DNA from: Spirochaetaceae bacterium
GTDB taxonomy: Bacteria; Spirochaetota; Spirochaetia; DSM-2461
Assembly: GCA_051531975.1 (NCBI GenBank)
Contig: JAOPTT010000009.1
Location: forward strand, 192,001-256,000
DNA: 64,000 nucleotides
Reading direction: 5' to 3'
Under the pieces are notes generated by a model, which saw nothing but the letters and a program-made list of their open reading frames with translations, was not told the origin of the DNA and ran no database searches. Below are positions 28,661 through 40,022 of this stretch, piece after piece (the stretch's first letter is position 1; the number at the start of each line of letters is the position of its first letter). The position numbers and the translations under genes were made by a program.

Positions 28661-29440
28661 TTAAATCGTGATGTTCTTTATTTGCTGCATAAAACAATTG
28701 ATATCAAGAGTTCTTTTATAATCAGAAATATGTTTATAGATAACATCTGAAGTATAAATCCTTTCTGTACCATTATATTTAAATGTATATTCGACTGTAT
28801 GTTCAGTACGATAATGACTTCTATGACTAAATGTTCTTGTAAGATATGTATTGATACTCCATGTAATATCATTTTTATTCTCTAGAGTTAAGGTCCCATT
28901 AAACCAATTTTCTGCAAAACTTATTAGCCTAAGGTTTCCATCCTCCCTACGACTGACTTCTTTATTCAATATGTCGGTTAGATCAAAATTAACTTCTAAA
29001 TTCCCATGGGTGTCAAAACTATCTGATATTGTTTTAAAAAGTGGTATTAGAGTAAAACCTACGTCATAGGGGAAATGTATTAGTTTAAATCGTAATAATT
29101 GTATTAAATAATAAAAACTTGTTAAAAACATAACTACTGAAATATTTCTGATAAATAGTGAAAAATCATAGGCTTTTGCAATATGTGCATATCCTAAACT
29201 ATTTAATAAAAGTCTTATTATAGTAGTTCCTGTAATTAATATTATAATACTCGCAATTAACAAACGAATTAGCTTCTTTTTAATTTTTTTTCTCTTTTTC
29301 TCAAAACCTTCGATAATTATTAAAGAACTAAGAAATCCTTTAATTGTAGTTTTAATATTTAGCTTCGATGTTGATGCAAATTCTATATATTTAGTATCTA
29401 ATTTTTTTACTGACTTAACCTCATTATTAAATATACTCAT
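28661..29440 (-). CDS. Hypothetical membrane protein (2 TM)
   Basis: 259-aa ORF with two hydrophobic segments; no recognised motif. Confidence 0.6.
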   Translation of the reverse strand: MSIFNNEVKSVKKLDTKYIEFASTSKLNIKTTIKGFLSSLIIIEGFEKKRKKIKKKLIRLLIASIIILITGTTIIRLLLNSLGYAHIAKAYDFSLFIRNISVVMFLTSFYYLIQLLRFKLIHFPYDVGFTLIPLFKTISDSFDTHGNLEVNFDLTDILNKEVSRREDGNLRLISFAENWFNGTLTLENKNDITWSINTYLTRTFSHRSHYRTEHTVEYTFKYNGTERIYTSDVIYKHISDYKRTLDINCFMQQIKNITI

Positions 29441-29476
29441 ATTTAAATAATATTATACGAAATACTAAATTACAAA

Positions 29477-30727
29477 TTAAGTTTTATCAGCATCGTCTTT
29501 TTCTTTTTTTATACCAATAAGAAATGGGACAGTAGAAAAAAGTGCGATACTACCTACAATATACCCTAAACTTATCGAAAAGAGTTTTGATATTAGTCCT
29601 AAACCTGGTTGTCCAATCATACCTCCAGTATTTCCAATTAAAGAATCAAATGATAACACTGTGGCTCTTTTCTCTTTAGGAATTAACTGATGTATATATC
29701 CTTGTTTTATTGGAGCGAATATTCCCCAGAAAAACATTAAAAGAAAAAATGAAATAAGAGCCATCATAAAACTTTTTGATAAACCGATCGAGATAGAAAA
29801 AAGACCTAATAATGCTCCGGAAGTAATTAAAATAGTTGTTCTATATTTAACTTTTGTTATTAAATTTCCAACAAGAGAATTCCCTGATATCTGGGCTAAT
29901 GCAATACCTGCAGCAATAAAACCAGATACCCATACAGCATCTCTACTTCCTAATAGATCTAGAAAATATGGTTGTGATGCATAAAATCCCCACATCATAA
30001 ATATTGAGTGGAAAAAAGAGACTATAATTAATAACCTGACAGATTTTCTTTTCCATCCAAATTTAATTGAATCTTTTGTTAATCTTTTAAGATGTATGAA
30101 ATAACTCTCTTTGTTACCCAGTGGGGTAAATCCTATTTCCTTCATATTAAAAACTGCAAATATAAAAAGCAAAATTAAAGCTATAGCACGGGCAATATAA
30201 GGTATACTCAGATTGATATAACCCATTAAACCACCACTTATGGTTCCTAAGATCATAGCAACACCCGAAATAGATGCTCCTTTAGAAAAAACTGTATCAA
30301 GTTTTCCTTTGTACCCTCTAAAATCAAGTTCATCAACTATCCACGCTTCAACTGCACCTGAGTAAAATGTAAAACCAAGACCCATAACTATTGAAAAGAT
30401 ACTAAAAAACAGGATTCCTCCATTTAATACCGAGGAAAAATAATAACCAGCAGTTCCAATAAAAAGTACTATCGTTGAAACAAGAAAAGAGTACCGTCTA
30501 CCTTTTGTATCTGCAAATACTCCTGTTGGTATTTCGAACAAAGACATTCCTGCTGCAAATATGGCATTAACTATAAATACACCTAATATATCCAGACCTG
30601 AGTCCAGTAGAAAAAGTGTATTTATTCCCCAAATAAATGATGCAGAAAAAGTATAAAGGCTACTTATTATATAATAGCTAACAGTAATGTTTTTGATTTT
30701 ATTATCGTTTTCTAAAATGTTTGACAT
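29477..30727 (-). CDS. MFS transporter
   Basis: FEIPTGVFADTKGRR motif A; ~12 TM. Confidence 0.9.
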   Translation of the reverse strand: MSNILENDNKIKNITVSYYIISSLYTFSASFIWGINTLFLLDSGLDILGVFIVNAIFAAGMSLFEIPTGVFADTKGRRYSFLVSTIVLFIGTAGYYFSSVLNGGILFFSIFSIVMGLGFTFYSGAVEAWIVDELDFRGYKGKLDTVFSKGASISGVAMILGTISGGLMGYINLSIPYIARAIALILLFIFAVFNMKEIGFTPLGNKESYFIHLKRLTKDSIKFGWKRKSVRLLIIVSFFHSIFMMWGFYASQPYFLDLLGSRDAVWVSGFIAAGIALAQISGNSLVGNLITKVKYRTTILITSGALLGLFSISIGLSKSFMMALISFFLLMFFWGIFAPIKQGYIHQLIPKEKRATVLSFDSLIGNTGGMIGQPGLGLISKLFSISLGYIVGSIALFSTVPFLIGIKKEKDDADKT

Positions 30728-30778
30728 CTCATCCTACTTTTATTATAAGTATTTATCTCATAAAGATCATGAAGATAA

Positions 30779-31366
30779 TTATTTTAGTTTTACAGCCGTA
30801 CCATAAGCAAGTAATTCTGCTGCACTACCAATTACACTGGTTGTCATAAAACGGACATTGATAATTGCATCTGCTCCAAGTTCTTCTGCTTCGTCAATCA
30901 TTCTTTTAGTAGCGAGTTTTCTGGCTTTACCCATCATATCTGTATATTCAAGCAGTTCCCCTCCTAAGATCAAACGAATCATGGAAGAGAGATCCTTTCC
31001 AATCCAAATGGCATAGATGGTATGCCCTTTAACAAGTCCCAGATTCTTTTCTATCTCTTTCCCTGGAATTTCACTAGAGTTCTGAATACTGACTTTTCTT
31101 TCTGTTTCATCAAAGGTTAAAACTTCCGCTTCACTTTTTTTTCCTCCCTGTTCAGCAGCCACTGTAATAAGAACAAGAAACAGACCACCCAGAAAGCAAT
31201 AAATAGCTACTTTCAGCCAAGGGGGAAGTGTTTCATCCTGGTAGATATACCAGGGCATGCCAACAAAAAACAGAACAAAAATCCCTCCAATAAAACCAAG
31301 GGAACCTAATAATCTAAAAAATTTAATAAGAGTCAATCCAACTTTATTCATTTTAATACCCTCCAC
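30779..31366 (-). CDS. YbjQ/UPF0145-family protein with N-terminal TM hairpin
   Basis: GGEL.EYT, LGADAIINVRF, ELLAYGTAVK. Confidence 0.85.
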   Translation of the reverse strand: MEGIKMNKVGLTLIKFFRLLGSLGFIGGIFVLFFVGMPWYIYQDETLPPWLKVAIYCFLGGLFLVLITVAAEQGGKKSEAEVLTFDETERKVSIQNSSEIPGKEIEKNLGLVKGHTIYAIWIGKDLSSMIRLILGGELLEYTDMMGKARKLATKRMIDEAEELGADAIINVRFMTTSVIGSAAELLAYGTAVKLK

Positions 31367-31525
31367 CTAAATTATAGTTTAAGCTGATATAAAAAGGGGT
31401 GAATTATTATGGGCTAAATCAGTATCTAATTATTTCTTAACTCATTATTGGTAGCATCATTAACTTTTTTATATATATGAACTTCTTGGTTCATTATAAA
31501 CTATAATAAAAATAGAAGGTACAAT

Positions 31526-32443
31526 ATGAAATCTATAACTATGATTTGTTTCTTTATAATAATGACATTATCTTTCTCTCTTATGGCTCAGTCATATCAG
31601 GGAGGAGGAAGAAATTCCGGTAGATCAGGAGGGTTGTTTTCTGTTGCCAATCCAGCAAAAGCCGGAAGAGTTGTTACAATCGGAGGACGTCTTTCACCTG
31701 CTTTAAAAATAAGTCATACAGTGTCTGTTTCTGGTTATATAGAAACCATACTTGTAAAAGTAGGAGATAGGGTTTATGTCGGACAGCCACTAATAAGGAT
31801 AACAAGAAATGTTGCGGGAGAAACATTTCTTCCTGTAATAATTGAATCCCGTATAAAAGGTGTTGTATCTGAAGTTAATGTTTTTGAAAAACAAGAAGTC
31901 AACACAGGAACTCCTGCTGTAACAATACTTGATAATTCAAGCTTTCTATTAATAACAAGCCTAAGCGACCGGGATACCCAGGCTATAAGAAATCTCGGGG
32001 AGATATCAGTTTCTGGAATTACTACCGAAGGAGAATCATATAATGGAAGGATTTTGTATATATCCCAAGAACCGGATTATAATACAGGGCTATTTACTCT
32101 AAATATTCGATTTCCCAATAGTCAGGGTCTTTTTCTAGGAATGGTACTATTTGTAGATATAGAAGCCCAGAAAGGTGAAGGTATTACTGTAGAGAGTAAC
32201 GGGCTAGTAAGAGATGAAGATAAAACCTTTTTATGGAAAATTAATAAAGATAACAAGTTAACTCTAGGTGAGATAGAAGTTGAAAAGGAAAGTGAATCAA
32301 AGATAACTGTAAGCTCAGGAATATTAGCAGGAGAACGTTATATAAATAAAATAAGTGGAAATGAGAAAGAAGGAATGGAGTTAAAGGATCTTATAAAAGC
32401 AAATCTAAACGATAATGCGACCAAGGGAAAAAATGATGCTTGA
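31526..32443 (+). CDS. RND efflux periplasmic adaptor (MFP)
   Basis: Lipoyl-like VSGYIETILVKVGDRVYVGQPL; upstream of the RND gene. Confidence 0.8.
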   Translation: MKSITMICFFIIMTLSFSLMAQSYQGGGRNSGRSGGLFSVANPAKAGRVVTIGGRLSPALKISHTVSVSGYIETILVKVGDRVYVGQPLIRITRNVAGETFLPVIIESRIKGVVSEVNVFEKQEVNTGTPAVTILDNSSFLLITSLSDRDTQAIRNLGEISVSGITTEGESYNGRILYISQEPDYNTGLFTLNIRFPNSQGLFLGMVLFVDIEAQKGEGITVESNGLVRDEDKTFLWKINKDNKLTLGEIEVEKESESKITVSSGILAGERYINKISGNEKEGMELKDLIKANLNDNATKGKNDA

Positions 32444-35400
32444 TTACATATTTAAAAAATCCACAGGTATTTTTCTGTTTACCCTAGTACTTATTCTATT
32501 TGGGATTTATATAGTTCTTAAACTTCCGGTTATGATGTATCCCCAAACACGAAGACCACAGGTTCAGATAGATCTTAGACATTCAGGAATATCAGCTGTT
32601 GATTTTCAGGAACAATATGCAGGACCAATTGAGTCTAGACTTCTCTCTTTAAAAAATATTGATCTGATAGAAACAACATATTCTACTGATTCCAGCAGGT
32701 TTAACCTTACATTTGATTGGAACGTGATTAGTGACGATGCTAGAACCGCAGTTGAGAACATTATGGTCTCCATCGATTCAACACTACCAAATGAAATAAG
32801 GGATTCCTATAATGTTAGATATAGAGATGGTGAAAATGCAGGATATCTTGTTATGGGTATCACTTCCGGGAGTTTACCTTCAGAAGCTTTATACCAGATA
32901 TTAAAAAACAACCTTGAAACTAAATTAAATCAGTTACAGGATCTAGATGAAATTGGATTTTATAATACACAGAGATTAATAGTTGATGTAACTCTGGATC
33001 AAAAAAAAATGTTGGCATACGGTATTACAATTCTTGATGTTAATAGCGCTCTTCAGTCCGGATTTTTACCCCAACCCCTTGGTTCCATTAGAACTTCGAC
33101 CGGGCGTTTAAGTCTTCGTTTAGAAAAGAGTGGGAAAAGCCTAAAGGATCTTCCAAGAATCGAAGTTAAGAAAGTAGGGGATTCAAGTATTACTCTTGAT
33201 GATATTGCAACTCTTAATATTCAATATACCCTGCCGTCCCGTGTATTTCTTGTGGATGAAATTCCAGCAGTTCAACTAACTGCAACCCCTGTTGAAGGTG
33301 GAAATATAAATTATATGACTAGTGAAATTCAGAGGATAATGGAGGATGCTAGGGTAACAGGTGTTATACCTGAAGATTCTAAGTTTTCTCTTTATCTCGA
33401 TCCAGCTAAATATATAAAAAAATCTATAGAAAACGTTATTCAAGCAGCTATGATAGGTGGTTTTCTGGCAATTATTATTGTTTTTCTCATATTAGGAGAG
33501 TGGAAAAACACATTAATTATTGCAGCATCCCTACCTGTAACAATCATTCTGAATTTCCTTCTTATGGGAATTTTTAAAGTATCTATAAACCTTATATCCC
33601 TAGGAGGTTTAGCCCTAGCGGTTGGAATGATTGTCGATTCCACTATTGTTGTTATGGAGAATATACACAGGCACCGTAAAGAACCGGAAAATCTAAATAC
33701 TCCCTTAAAACAAGTTATATTAGAATCGGTAGCCCAGGTAAGATCTCCAGTTATCGCTTCCACATTAACATCTGTACTTGTTTTTTTACCAATTTCATTT
33801 ACGGCTCCTTTAACAAATGCAATACTTGGGGATCAGGCAAGAACCGTAGTATTTTGTCTTCTAGTATCCCTAATTGTCTCATTGACCATAGTGCCGTTAA
33901 CATCCTACCAACTCTTCCGTTTCAGTAAAAATAGAACAAAGAGAAAAAAGAGAAAACATCTGGTACAAAATCATATTGAGAGTGTGATAAAAAAAATTAT
34001 CTCTATCTATCATAAAAGTTTGGAAATGTTACTGCACAAAAAAAGACGAGCGTTTATATTTCTTTTTCTAGCCTTTAGCGCTCTAGCAGTTTCAGTTCTA
34101 GTCGTATTACCAGAAATCCCAAGGGAAATTATATCTACTCCAACATCTGATAGGATTGTACTCTTTTTTCGTAATTCCAATATCAGTGATCCTGAAGAAC
34201 TAATGAAGGAGATATTGCCTGATATGAATTTAACTATAGAGAATATTCTCGGAGATCGACTTGTTAATAAATATACAAATCTTTCAGGACGGTTTAATCA
34301 GACTTTTCTTGATTTAAGAAGCTCTGAGGATACAGAAGAAGCAATAACACTGCTACAAAAGGAATTTGTATCAAAAGGGGACTGGTATTATAGCATCCTC
34401 CCGTGGGATCCAGCTGCACTTCCTCTTCCTAGGAGTTTTGATTTTCAAATGAGTATATATGGTCCCGATCCGGGAATAAAAGTGGATCTTCTTATTGCAA
34501 TACAAGGGCTACTGAATCAGGAAGAACTATATAGAAGAATTTTCACACGGCCTTCTTCATCAATAATTGAGCAGTTAAATATGAAACCCAGAGAGGAAAC
34601 TATTAATAAATTACCCCCTTGGTCTGAATCAAGTCTTGTTTCTTTAATACGTAGAGTTTTAACAGGAACTTCATCTATTACATTAAATGATGGTTCTAAC
34701 GATGTAAATGTATCCGCAGATTATCCCTCGGAAAATCTAGATACAAGAGAGGAAATTGAAGACTTTTTAATTCCCTGGAAACAGAGTTTTGTTCCTCTAA
34801 AACATTTTTTTGATTTTAGTACTAGTAAGGGCGTTTCACAGATTTATAGTCAAAATGGGGAACCAGCATTCCAGATCTATGGATCAGCTGGTTTCAGGAT
34901 TAGTGATGCCAAGAGACTTGAGATTCAGAAAGAAACTCAAGCTTATCTGAAAGAAGTTCTGGTTTTACCAGAAGGTTACAGCTACAGCTTTGATAACCCG
35001 AGGGTTGAAATGGATAAATCTATAGATTCTCTATTTTTTGCTCTGATAATCTCTATCGTCCTCATCTACATATTACTTGCATTTCAATTTAATTCTCTAT
35101 GGATACCGATTATTATTCTTGTAACTATTCCTCTTGGTTTTATTGGAGTTATTCTCTCTTTAAGAATATTTAATTCAACTCTTAACCTAAATTCACTTCT
35201 TGGTACGATCCTATTAGGAGGTATTGTTGTAAATAATGCTATCATTATGATCGATTTCTATCAAAAAAATAGAAAGAACTATCCTGATTACAAATCTGCG
35301 CTTATTTCAACTGCAACAATACGTTTTAAACCAATACTAATTACAACATTAACAACTATCTTTGGAATGCTTCCACTTGCAATAGGTCTTGGAGAGGGTT

Positions 35401-35549
35401 CCAATATTCTACAGCCACTGGGAATTGCCGTTTCAGGTGGTCTAATTGTATCAACTTTATTTACAATTTATGCAGTTCCGTCCATTATTTTTTTAACACA
35501 CAGCAGTAAAAATATTCCAGATAACAGGGCAAAAGGAGTCAACTTTTGA
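32415..35549 (+). CDS. RND efflux permease (AcrB/AcrD/AcrF family); likely start 32433/32436
   Basis: NLISLGGLALAVGMIVDSTIVVMENI, GIVVNNAI, RFKPILITTLTT. Confidence 0.93.
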   Translation: MRPREKMMLDYIFKKSTGIFLFTLVLILFGIYIVLKLPVMMYPQTRRPQVQIDLRHSGISAVDFQEQYAGPIESRLLSLKNIDLIETTYSTDSSRFNLTFDWNVISDDARTAVENIMVSIDSTLPNEIRDSYNVRYRDGENAGYLVMGITSGSLPSEALYQILKNNLETKLNQLQDLDEIGFYNTQRLIVDVTLDQKKMLAYGITILDVNSALQSGFLPQPLGSIRTSTGRLSLRLEKSGKSLKDLPRIEVKKVGDSSITLDDIATLNIQYTLPSRVFLVDEIPAVQLTATPVEGGNINYMTSEIQRIMEDARVTGVIPEDSKFSLYLDPAKYIKKSIENVIQAAMIGGFLAIIIVFLILGEWKNTLIIAASLPVTIILNFLLMGIFKVSINLISLGGLALAVGMIVDSTIVVMENIHRHRKEPENLNTPLKQVILESVAQVRSPVIASTLTSVLVFLPISFTAPLTNAILGDQARTVVFCLLVSLIVSLTIVPLTSYQLFRFSKNRTKRKKRKHLVQNHIESVIKKIISIYHKSLEMLLHKKRRAFIFLFLAFSALAVSVLVVLPEIPREIISTPTSDRIVLFFRNSNISDPEELMKEILPDMNLTIENILGDRLVNKYTNLSGRFNQTFLDLRSSEDTEEAITLLQKEFVSKGDWYYSILPWDPAALPLPRSFDFQMSIYGPDPGIKVDLLIAIQGLLNQEELYRRIFTRPSSSIIEQLNMKPREETINKLPPWSESSLVSLIRRVLTGTSSITLNDGSNDVNVSADYPSENLDTREEIEDFLIPWKQSFVPLKHFFDFSTSKGVSQIYSQNGEPAFQIYGSAGFRISDAKRLEIQKETQAYLKEVLVLPEGYSYSFDNPRVEMDKSIDSLFFALIISIVLIYILLAFQFNSLWIPIIILVTIPLGFIGVILSLRIFNSTLNLNSLLGTILLGGIVVNNAIIMIDFYQKNRKNYPDYKSALISTATIRFKPILITTLTTIFGMLPLAIGLGEGSNILQPLGIAVSGGLIVSTLFTIYAVPSIIFLTHSSKNIPDNRAKGVNF

Positions 35550-36886
35550 ATAAAATGTTTTTAGTTCTATCTATGTTTTTAACCATGTTAAATGGTTTCT
35601 TTTTAATGGCCCAGGAAGTAGAACAATCCAGCATTTCCTTTGAACTTAAAGACGCTTGGTTAAAAATGGAAGAGTATGATCCTGACCTACGTAAATTATT
35701 GATTGACCAGGCTGCAGCTTATCGTGATATGAATAGTAAAGGATATCTTATTCCTAGTATCAGTTTAACAAGTAACCTATCACGATCTTCACCTCTAATA
35801 AGTAGCCTTACTAATTCTGAGGATCAAGATCTTTCTGAGGAAGATAACTGGTCATTACGTGCTGGGGTGGATTTACGTTTAAACCTAAAAACAAACATGA
35901 AAACCGAGGATAAGGTTAATGCGTTACAATATAATCTACTTATACTTAGGCAGGAAATTATCATAAGAGATCTCCGGGCAGGGCTTGAAAAACTATATTA
36001 TCAGATCTCTGCTGGAGAGAAAAAAATAGAGCTTCAGGAGAGGATTTCAGGATTAATTCAAAGCCGTTTTGAACAGATAGAAATCCTTTACAATAAAGGT
36101 CTACGATCAGAATCAGATCTTTTAACCTCCCAGATTTCTGTAGCCCGTGATTTGCCTTTATTACAGAAAGCCCGTGTAGAACAGGAAAAGAGACTAATTC
36201 AATTTCGGGAACTACTGGGACTAGAGCCTCATATGTCAGTTTCTTTGGTTTATTTACCTGATAGAACTACTGATACAGATCTGGAAACCAAAGAACTAAA
36301 ATTAAGACTGGTCAAAAATGAAGAGTACAGAATGGCACTTCTACAGTTAGAACTTGCCAAGAAAAATAGGGAATTATTGAAAAAGAATCAAAAATCGCCT
36401 TCGTTGGGTCTATCTTTAGGTTGGTCAACAAGTATGAATCCTCTTTTTAATTCAGATTCCTGGACTAGTGAAGATTGGAGCGACAGTATGACCTTATCCT
36501 TCTCTTTTTCACTACCTTTAGATTCAGGAATTAAGGGTTCAGAAGATCAAAACAATCTGTTAAAACTAGACGAAATTATTCAAAAAATGGAAATTACACT
36601 GGAGTATTCTGAACAAACAATGGTAGACAACATTCAGTCCCTTCTTTTGGATCTGGATTTAAGTAGATCTAATGTCGAAGTTAATGAACTTAACATAAAA
36701 CTTCAGGAAATTAATTTTAAAAAAGTTCAGGGTAATTATGAAAATGGAAGAACCTCCCTTCTTGACCTGGATAATAGCCGGCAGGAACTACAAAAAGCTC
36801 TAGTTGCTCTAGAAAATGAGAAATTAAATAAAAACCTTATATTAATTGAGCTTGAAAAAATTATTGGATTATCTTTGCAGTTTTAA
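35546..36886 (+). CDS. TolC-family outer membrane efflux protein
   Basis: Signal peptide; YNKGLRSESDLL / YENGRTSLLDL repeats; follows the RND gene. Confidence 0.8.
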   Translation: MNKMFLVLSMFLTMLNGFFLMAQEVEQSSISFELKDAWLKMEEYDPDLRKLLIDQAAAYRDMNSKGYLIPSISLTSNLSRSSPLISSLTNSEDQDLSEEDNWSLRAGVDLRLNLKTNMKTEDKVNALQYNLLILRQEIIIRDLRAGLEKLYYQISAGEKKIELQERISGLIQSRFEQIEILYNKGLRSESDLLTSQISVARDLPLLQKARVEQEKRLIQFRELLGLEPHMSVSLVYLPDRTTDTDLETKELKLRLVKNEEYRMALLQLELAKKNRELLKKNQKSPSLGLSLGWSTSMNPLFNSDSWTSEDWSDSMTLSFSFSLPLDSGIKGSEDQNNLLKLDEIIQKMEITLEYSEQTMVDNIQSLLLDLDLSRSNVEVNELNIKLQEINFKKVQGNYENGRTSLLDLDNSRQELQKALVALENEKLNKNLILIELEKIIGLSLQF

Positions 36887-37188
36887 TCATATAAGTAGGT
36901 ACTAAATATATACATATGATCCAGAGATGCGAATAACAATATTAGTATTGAACATAAATAAAAGACTCCACGATTATTAGTAGATGATAGTTTTACTATT
37001 TAAGTTCACTGGAATTGATAGCAAGAAGAAGTTAATAAAATTCTTCATGTCTTTGATTCTGTCGGATGCTTTTTATTGAGTTAAACGGTTCAGTTTATGA
37101 ACTTTTGTGTGCTTTACTATTTGAATACGGCTTACAATATTTGATATTATAATATATAATATAATTAAAATTCCACTAAAGGATCCAT

Positions 37189-37968
37189 ATGTCAATAAAT
37201 AAAAGCGACAAACTAAATAAGAGTTCAACTGTGGCTAAAGCATTTCTTCTATTAGAACATATTTCTCAAAACAGCAATCCCGTATCACTAAATCAGTTAA
37301 CAGAATTAACGGGATTTGATAAAACAACAACATACCGCTTTTTAATGACTTTGGTAGAACTTGGATATGTATGTCGTGAGGAATCATCAAAAAACTTTAA
37401 GTTGAGTTATAAAGTATTATCTCTTGGAAAAAATTTATTAAGAGATAATGAAGTGACAGAATATATTAAACACGCACTAGAACAGCTTTGTGAAATTACT
37501 GGTGAAACTATTCATTATGCTGTATTAGATGGCAAATATACAGTTGTAACTCAAAAAGTAAAAGGATCCCAGCTTGTTGCAGTTGATTTCCAAATAGGTG
37601 ATAGATCTCCTATAAGCTATACATCCATTGGAAAAGCAATCTCTACTTATCAAAGTAATGAATTTATCGATAGTATAATTGCCCAAGGGATACCCCAAAT
37701 AACAGAATATACAATAGTTAAACCGGAACAATTCAGAGAAGAACTTAATAAAATTCGAATTCAGGGATATGCCATTGATGATCATGAATGTTCCAATGAA
37801 ATGCGCTGTATAGCTGTTCCTATTTTTGAAAAGGGTGGGGTTGTAAGAAGTGGAATTAGTATTTCTGGTCCTGATTCAAGATTTACAATTAAAAAATTAA
37901 AATCAATGAGTATTCCAATGAAAAAAATAGCAAATGAACTATCTCAAAAGCTTGGCGGTATGCCTTGA
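37189..37968 (+). CDS. IclR-family transcriptional regulator
   Basis: DKTTTYRFLMTLVELGYV HTH; TSIGKA; GYAIDDHE...RCIAVPI. Confidence 0.92.
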   Translation: MSINKSDKLNKSSTVAKAFLLLEHISQNSNPVSLNQLTELTGFDKTTTYRFLMTLVELGYVCREESSKNFKLSYKVLSLGKNLLRDNEVTEYIKHALEQLCEITGETIHYAVLDGKYTVVTQKVKGSQLVAVDFQIGDRSPISYTSIGKAISTYQSNEFIDSIIAQGIPQITEYTIVKPEQFREELNKIRIQGYAIDDHECSNEMRCIAVPIFEKGGVVRSGISISGPDSRFTIKKLKSMSIPMKKIANELSQKLGGMP

Positions 37969-38010
37969 TAATAACACTGGAGAGATATACTTTCCCCCCA
38001 GTGTTATTAT
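37968..38010. terminator. Bidirectional terminator hairpin
   Basis: ataataacactgg...ccagtgttattat between convergent genes. Confidence 0.6.
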
Positions 38011-38021
38011 ACTAAACATAT

Positions 38022-38978
38022 TTAGAAAATAGATTCAGCATTATAATATTCCTCTGCATTTTCAGAGGTAATTAATGGTGAATTGAATACTGTTTCATAT
38101 TGAGGTTCATCACCTGCTAATATAGACATCAGTCTTTTATATCCAGCACGACCTATGGCATCAGCATCATTTAGACCTGTTGTTGCATAGTTTGACCCAT
38201 CTTTCATAATCGCAGATAATGCAGCTTTTTCACCATCTACACCAGAAATCATGATTTCAGAACTTCTGTCAGAATCTTGAATTGCTTGTTGTGCACCAAG
38301 TGCCATAGAGTCATTCTCACAAAAAACCCAATCAATTGAATCATATTTAGCTAAAAGATCCTGCATTTGTGATTGTCCACCAGCAGCTCCCCATCCTGCG
38401 TATTCTGGAGCTTCAATTATTTCAATATCTGTTTTACTTACAATATCTTTAACACCATTTGAACGATTATATCCAATTGAGTTATCAGCAGGTCCACCCT
38501 TTATAATAATAATTCGGCCTTTCCCATTAAGTTTCTCAACAATATATTTTCCAGTCTGCTGTCCAATAGAATAGTTATCAGGACCAATCCAGCTTGTAAA
38601 GTTATCACTTGCATATCGTCTATCTACTAAAACAACTGGAACACCTGCTTCTTCTATCATGTCCAATGCAGCTGGTGCATCTTCAAACCAACCACCACTT
38701 ATAATGATACCGTCTACATTCTTTGCTAAAATATCTTCTACATCAGAAGTTAACTTAGCTTGATCGCCATTTGCATCAGTAACATAAACTGTTACATTTG
38801 GATTAGATTTAGCTTCATCTTCTATAGCTTTTGACATAGCGATGAAATAGGGAGGTCCCTGTGATAGGTTGACTATTCCTATCTTAATTTGACCATCTTT
38901 TGATTCTTCATTTTGACCAGTGGCAAAAACCATGAAACTTAACATTAAGAACACAGAACACATTAAAAACTTTTTCAT
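38022..38978 (-). CDS. Ribose-type (CUT2) sugar ABC solute-binding protein
   Basis: VPVVLVDR, DNYSIG, ENDSMALGA, SGVDG. Confidence 0.9.
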   Translation of the reverse strand: MKKFLMCSVFLMLSFMVFATGQNEESKDGQIKIGIVNLSQGPPYFIAMSKAIEDEAKSNPNVTVYVTDANGDQAKLTSDVEDILAKNVDGIIISGGWFEDAPAALDMIEEAGVPVVLVDRRYASDNFTSWIGPDNYSIGQQTGKYIVEKLNGKGRIIIIKGGPADNSIGYNRSNGVKDIVSKTDIEIIEAPEYAGWGAAGGQSQMQDLLAKYDSIDWVFCENDSMALGAQQAIQDSDRSSEIMISGVDGEKAALSAIMKDGSNYATTGLNDADAIGRAGYKRLMSILAGDEPQYETVFNSPLITSENAEEYYNAESIF

Positions 38979-39032
38979 TATAATCTCCTTTTTTTATATA
39001 TTTAACATCTCAATTCTCATAAGACACTAAAA

Positions 39033-40022
39033 CTAAAGTTGTTTTTCTTTATTTCGAACTAATACTGCGGTTAGAATTATTCCTCCCTTAATGATTTGCT
39101 GATAATAAGACTGCACATTAAAAAGATTTAGTAGATTATTTATTAATCCGAGGGCGAATACTCCACCAAAAGTACCAAGAACGCTTCCTCCTCCACCTCC
39201 AAGCATTCCACCACCTATAACTACAGCGGCAATTGCATCAAGTTCATAACCGACACCTACATTTGGTTGTGCTATACCGAGTCTAGATGCTAAAACTACT
39301 CCTGCTGCGGCTGCAAAAAATCCGGAAATCATATAAGCTATCATTTTATTTTTTTTCACATTAAGTCCAGCCAGCCAAACTGCCTCTTCATTACCACCTA
39401 TGGCAATAATTGCTCGTCCAGTTGTTGTCTTATTCAAAAAGAACCAGAGTATTGGAAAGAATGCAAACATGATAATTGCAGGTGTAGGAATACCAGCAAG
39501 CTTACCTCCACCTATAAGTGCCCTAAAGGCAGGATAAATTGGTTGTACAGGGCTTTCTGAGTAGATGTATACTACCCCTCGAATTGCCCCCATTGTTGCT
39601 AATGTAACAATAAAAGGTTGTAACTTAAACTTCGATATGAAGAATCCATTAACGCAACCACATAAAACTCCAACAAGAAGTGCCAATATAATTGCTATAG
39701 ACCAATGCATACTCGTTTGAGCCTTAACAGCGACCATACCAGCTAAAGCAACTACAGGACCAACAGATAAATCAATTCCTCCATTTAGAATAACTACTAA
39801 CATTCCTAAACTAATCAAACCGTTTGTTACAACCTGACGTAGTAGGTTAATTATATTCCTTTGAGTAAAGAAGTATTCTGTAGACAAAGCTGCAAGAACA
39901 ATTAATAATACAAATATTATTACTATAATATAATTAATCATTTTTGATTTTGACCTATTTGAATTGAGCATTTCACTTATTTTATTTTTAGTATTTGTAA
40001 TAGGTTTGTCCATATCAGCCAT
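39033..40022 (-). CDS. CUT2 sugar ABC permease (RbsC-like)
   Basis: GGIDLSVG, PFIVTLAT, GYELDAIAAVVIGG. Confidence 0.92.
   Translation of the reverse strand: MADMDKPITNTKNKISEMLNSNRSKSKMINYIIVIIFVLLIVLAALSTEYFFTQRNIINLLRQVVTNGLISLGMLVVILNGGIDLSVGPVVALAGMVAVKAQTSMHWSIAIILALLVGVLCGCVNGFFISKFKLQPFIVTLATMGAIRGVVYIYSESPVQPIYPAFRALIGGGKLAGIPTPAIIMFAFFPILWFFLNKTTTGRAIIAIGGNEEAVWLAGLNVKKNKMIAYMISGFFAAAAGVVLASRLGIAQPNVGVGYELDAIAAVVIGGGMLGGGGGSVLGTFGGVFALGLINNLLNLFNVQSYYQQIIKGGIILTAVLVRNKEKQL

Noticed and set aside
36890..37110. Possible gene remnant between the TolC-family gene and iclR
   Set aside because: The short frames have multiple stops and no recognisable motif.
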